DNA from: Minutocellus sp. GHC0000111
Taxonomy: Eukaryota
Length of the DNA: 64,000 nt
Direction: 5' to 3'
Assembly: GCA_977018835.1 (NCBI GenBank)
Contig: OZ361256.1
Span: 3,782,001-3,846,000 of the forward strand
In this document: positions 60,342 to 64,000 of the stretch, one piece after another
Numbering within the stretch: position 1 is the stretch's first letter
Layout of the letters: every line of letters begins with the position of its first letter
Program-made: the position numbers and the translations under genes
The notes under the pieces: model-generated
Told to the model about the DNA's origin: nothing
Database searches by the model: none
Seen by the model: the letters and a program-made list of their open reading frames with translations, nothing else

Positions 60342-60599
60342 TTGCTCACTGCTTTGGTTTGTGGCGACTGCCGTCTGCCGTTGCTTCTGGTCCTTCACCC
60401 TTCAACTTCACTTGCTTGCTGCTGTTCGGCCAAAAATGAGATGCCTTCGAACGTACGCGGTAAAGGGCCTTACTTTCTAATTCACCTCAAAGAGCCTTTT
60501 TCATGAAGAGCCTCGAGAGAAACCCCAACACATGCATCTTAGCGATAGCGTCAGTTGGCCGAAAAGCAAAAGATACCGAAGAACAACCGAACAACCAAG

Positions 60600-63113
60600 A
60601 TGATGAGTTCGGACGGCGGCCCCCCCGCTGCCGCTCCCGCCGCCGAGGAGGCCCCTCCTCCTGCCGGCGGTGGGGAGGAGATTGTCGCCCCCGCCGCCGC
60701 TCCGGCTGCACCACCGGCTGCAGAGGAAGCCCCAGCCCGGGCCACTGACACGAGCACGAGCACGAGCGGGACGAGCCTCCTCGAGAGGTCGGGTCTGCTC
60801 GGCACCGGCACCGCGGCCGACCCTCTCTCGGCTTCGGCCGCTCCGGCTCCGGCAGAGGAACAGCCCGCCGAGAACCCCGGTGCCGACGCAGTGACCGACA
60901 TTGCCGACGACGGCACCGACCAGCAGCAGCCGGCAGCTTCGGAATCGGAATCGGCACCCGCCGCCACGACTTCGACTTCCGCATTACCAGCAGCAGCTGG
61001 CACGAACAAATCATCCGCTGCCGCTGCCGCTGCCGCTTTGTTGTCGGCGTCGGTCCACTCGGCCTCGTCCGGCGGTTTGTTCGACGAAGTAGATGCCGAG
61101 GAGGAGGCCAAGGCCAAAGCCGCTGCGGAGGCTGAAGCCCAAGCGCAAGAACAAGCACGAGCGGAGGCGGCCCGACTGAAGCAGAAGCAGGAGCAGGAGG
61201 CCGCTGCTGCCGCTGCTGCACAGGCTCAAATGCAGGCGCAGATGCAGATGCAGAACTCCGTGGTCGGGGCCGTCCCGTCCACCGGGTTCTACCGCTCCGA
61301 GCCGCCTCCGATGGCACAGTACGGCCAGCAGATGTCGATGCAACAGCCACAGCAGCAACAACCGCAGTACGGCAACGTCCCACAGCAGCCACAGCAGATG
61401 ATGGCCGGCATGGGCGCCAGCACCATGTACTCGACCTCGGGACAGATGCAGCAGAGCAACAGGATGCAGTACAGCAACCTCCAGTCACAGCAGCTGCCGC
61501 AGACACCACAGCAGGTGCCACAACAGCCACAGATGATGGTGCAGCACCAGGCTCAGATGCAGCCACAGCAATCGCCCTATGGTCAATTTGCTGGTGGTGT
61601 TGGTACTGGTGCCAATGGCATGGTGCAGCCCCAACAGCAGCAGCAGCAGCAGCAGCCGTACACACCGCTCGGCCAGCACGCCCACCAATATCCCCAGACG
61701 CAGCAGCAGCCCTCCCTCCTGGCCGGTCTGCACTGCGGATCCGACCCCTCCGTCGGCGGCGTCCCCGGTGCGCAGCCCGGTGCGATCAGCACTCCCGCCC
61801 ACCCCCCACCGGCCTACGTGCCCGGTGCCCCCCCGCCTCCGCCGCTGTATGGGCACATCTCGTGTACGGACCCCCTCCTCGTCCAGGATGCCGGATTCTT
61901 CGCCGGACCGCCCCACTGGACCTATGCCATTGGCGTCCGCAACGTCAATCCCGCCGATGCGGCCAACAACGGCGGTGGTGGCAACGGTACCAACAGCGAC
62001 ACCACCCTCCTCGACCGGGCGGCTCCCCCGGCCACCACCGTCCGCCGGCGATTCCGCCACTTCGTCGCCCTCGAGGAGCGCCTCCGCGAGATGTGTCCCG
62101 GGGCAATCCTCCCCCCGCGGCCGGAGAAGCACGCCGGCCGGGCCATCGAGGAGGCGTCGACGCGCCAGTCGACGCAGTTTGCGCTGCAGCGCGCCCAGGA
62201 GCTCGAGAATTATCTGAACGCCCTGGTGCAGCATCCCGTGGCGGGACAGTCCCCGGTGTTGAGGTTGTTTCTGACGCTGCAGGATGACATTGGGACGGCG
62301 TGGCCGGAGGTTTCGTCCAGTGCTCTGACGAGACTGGGGGCCGTGGCCGGCAGTACCACCGCCAAGGTTGCCGAGGGGACGACCAGTCTGCTCGAGGACA
62401 TTCAGAAGGACAATCTGGCCGCCGGGGAGGACAACGCCGAGCTCTTGGCGCTGGCCGCCAACGAGGGAGTGCGGATGGGGTCGTGCATCCAGGCCGTCCC
62501 GAAGATGGAGGGTGCCATCGCCCTGCTGCGCGAGCAGGGAGAGCGGGCCGCCATCACCGGGATGGAGGTGTCGAAGCTCGGGAAGGATCTGGCCACCACC
62601 GACCCCGCCATGTCGGGACTGTTCGACATGCTGTCCAGTGGTTTCCTTCGCAACGGCCGTCGGACGAAGCGTCTGGCGATTGAGCTCAGTGCCGCCAATT
62701 CTCCGTTCGTCGCACAGTATCGTCTGTGCCGGTACGAGCGCATGGCCTTTGCCGACCGCCGGGCAGCGCTGAAGCGCCGTTCGGCCATGCGAGGCAGGGC
62801 CAACAAGCAGGCCCAGACGCTCATGATGCAGCAGCATCAGGCCGCCGTCAATATGGGCCGTCCGGACCAGCTGGGCCGCTACGAGGTTCAAACTGCCATG
62901 GCCGACGAGTATGCCGTCAGCGCCGTCCGTGAGGCCGACATCGTCGGTGCCACGCTCCAGAGCGAGGTGAGCCGCATCGCCTCCACCCGTCTGGTGGAGT
63001 GGTCGGCCAGCATCAAGGTACTGGCGAGCAGCATGAAAGAGGCTTGCGCCGAGCGCTCCAGCATCTGGGAGGGAGTCAAGGAACAGTTTGAGTCTACCGA
63101 TTTGGGCATTTAA
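60600..63113 (+). CDS. Sorting nexin (PX-BAR, Vps5/SNX1-like) with Ala/Gln-rich N-terminus
   Basis: PX motifs VRRRFRHFVAL, LPPRPEK and RAQELENYL..LRLFL, followed by BAR-like helices. Confidence 0.9.
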   Translation: MMSSDGGPPAAAPAAEEAPPPAGGGEEIVAPAAAPAAPPAAEEAPARATDTSTSTSGTSLLERSGLLGTGTAADPLSASAAPAPAEEQPAENPGADAVTDIADDGTDQQQPAASESESAPAATTSTSALPAAAGTNKSSAAAAAAALLSASVHSASSGGLFDEVDAEEEAKAKAAAEAEAQAQEQARAEAARLKQKQEQEAAAAAAAQAQMQAQMQMQNSVVGAVPSTGFYRSEPPPMAQYGQQMSMQQPQQQQPQYGNVPQQPQQMMAGMGASTMYSTSGQMQQSNRMQYSNLQSQQLPQTPQQVPQQPQMMVQHQAQMQPQQSPYGQFAGGVGTGANGMVQPQQQQQQQQPYTPLGQHAHQYPQTQQQPSLLAGLHCGSDPSVGGVPGAQPGAISTPAHPPPAYVPGAPPPPPLYGHISCTDPLLVQDAGFFAGPPHWTYAIGVRNVNPADAANNGGGGNGTNSDTTLLDRAAPPATTVRRRFRHFVALEERLREMCPGAILPPRPEKHAGRAIEEASTRQSTQFALQRAQELENYLNALVQHPVAGQSPVLRLFLTLQDDIGTAWPEVSSSALTRLGAVAGSTTAKVAEGTTSLLEDIQKDNLAAGEDNAELLALAANEGVRMGSCIQAVPKMEGAIALLREQGERAAITGMEVSKLGKDLATTDPAMSGLFDMLSSGFLRNGRRTKRLAIELSAANSPFVAQYRLCRYERMAFADRRAALKRRSAMRGRANKQAQTLMMQQHQAAVNMGRPDQLGRYEVQTAMADEYAVSAVREADIVGATLQSEVSRIASTRLVEWSASIKVLASSMKEACAERSSIWEGVKEQFESTDLGI

Positions 63114-63214
63114 GCGCCACCAAAGTCGGTGTAGGTAGAATAGAGTATCGATAACCATTTGATATCAATGTCTTATGCACATAGCATCACCATATGTCTT
63201 CTAATGTTACAAGT

Positions 63215-64000
63215 CTATCGTCCACCTTTTCTTCTCTTCTTTCTCTTTGGGCCACCGCCACCACCCTCGCGAACAACGTAAGGTGTGACACTGCTTTCCG
63301 CTTGAATTGCAGCCTTCAGACCAGGGCCAGACAGGAATTTACCAAACTGCTGCTTCCTCATCGGAACAGCGAGAAGCTGCTTCAGCCGTTGTCTACCCTT
63401 TCGAGCTTCAGCCAGACGTTGGCGATCGCGATGGTCACCGTCCATGAGGCCACCGTCCAGCAAATCTTCATCCAAGTCCAGGCCAGCCTCTTCTGCAGCT
63501 TTGGCGAACCATTCATTCTGCTTACTTGCCTTGCTTTCAATGTTTTCGCACTCCACAATCCTAGAAGCGAGGTTGGTTCGTTCCTGCGCTGCAGACAGCA
63601 GTTGACCGTCAAATGGTAGAGGCTTGAACTCTTTGGTCTCGCTATCAACGGCCAGGCAGATTGCTCGCTGAGCTTTCTCTTCGGCCGCGGAAATCAGAGA
63701 GATGCTGGAACCGAATGCAGTTTCTCCGACGCCACGCGCCGTTCGTCCAGCACGATGAACAAACGTATCGATGGCTCTTGGTACGTCGTAGTGGACGACG
63801 GAGGTAATGGACGAAACATCAAGACCGCGAGCTGCGACATCTGTTGCCACTACAATCGCCCGAGATTTGGGCTTTTGAAGAGATTCGAGCGCCGACATTC
63901 GTGCCTTCTGAGCCATTTGAGCGTGAAGCATTCGCGCTGGAAGGCCAAGAGTCTTGAGAGTATCCCCAATCCTTCGGACAGCAGCGATCGAGTTACAAAA
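63215..64000 (-). CDS. DDX24: DEAD-box RNA helicase, DDX24/MAK5-like (C-terminal part; runs off the window)
   Basis: [23 protein letters not shown] and HRAGRTAR, plus a DDX24-like tail [13 protein letters not shown]. Confidence 0.85.
   Translation of the reverse strand, partial: FCNSIAAVRRIGDTLKTLGLPARMLHAQMAQKARMSALESLQKPKSRAIVVATDVAARGLDVSSITSVVHYDVPRAIDTFVHRAGRTARGVGETAFGSSISLISAAEEKAQRAICLAVDSETKEFKPLPFDGQLLSAAQERTNLASRIVECENIESKASKQNEWFAKAAEEAGLDLDEDLLDGGLMDGDHRDRQRLAEARKGRQRLKQLLAVPMRKQQFGKFLSGPGLKAAIQAESSVTPYVVREGGGGGPKRKKRRKGGR

Noticed and set aside
58395..63158. Long antisense or overlapping ORFs (58395-60020, 58426-59850, 60487-61665, 61485-63158; likewise 24718-26175)
   Set aside because: They are shadow frames of GC-rich genes with no recognisable domains.

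Overview
Gene-dense eukaryotic nuclear DNA with short GT-AG introns. The repertoire and targeting peptides look like a diatom or related photosynthetic stramenopile (inference from sequence style; species not determined). About 22 protein-coding loci are visible, mostly in divergent or convergent pairs: a PrsW-like protease, a beta-alpha-ordered NAD(P) transhydrogenase, mitochondrial G3P dehydrogenase, a BAR protein, a lipase-like membrane protein, V-ATPase subunit C, an inositol 5-phosphatase, an alpha-carbonic-anhydrase-like protein, GET4, an Asp/Asn hydroxylase-like protein, ZNHIT2, a tandem ABM protein, a Lys-rich membrane protein, a mitochondrial carrier, HSF, a receptor kinase-guanylate cyclase, an SDR, a PA-domain GPCR, a DMT transporter, a sorting nexin and DDX24. 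There is a 200-N gap next to a ~500-bp (AAC)n tract. The most notable signals are: (1) intergenic DNA packed with TA-bounded micro-palindromes (TACATGTA, TAGATCTA, TACCGGTA, TAGCTA, TACGTA) that read as stacked transposon excision footprints, with one before/after pair visible; (2) two MITEs and a RAG1/Transib/Chapaev-like transposase relic; (3) many in-frame stops and frameshifts in otherwise well-conserved genes, several explicable as G>T changes; (4) unusual receptor architectures and pseudo-enzymes; (5) a probable 6-nt micro-exon. All family calls come from motif recognition by eye, not from database searches.
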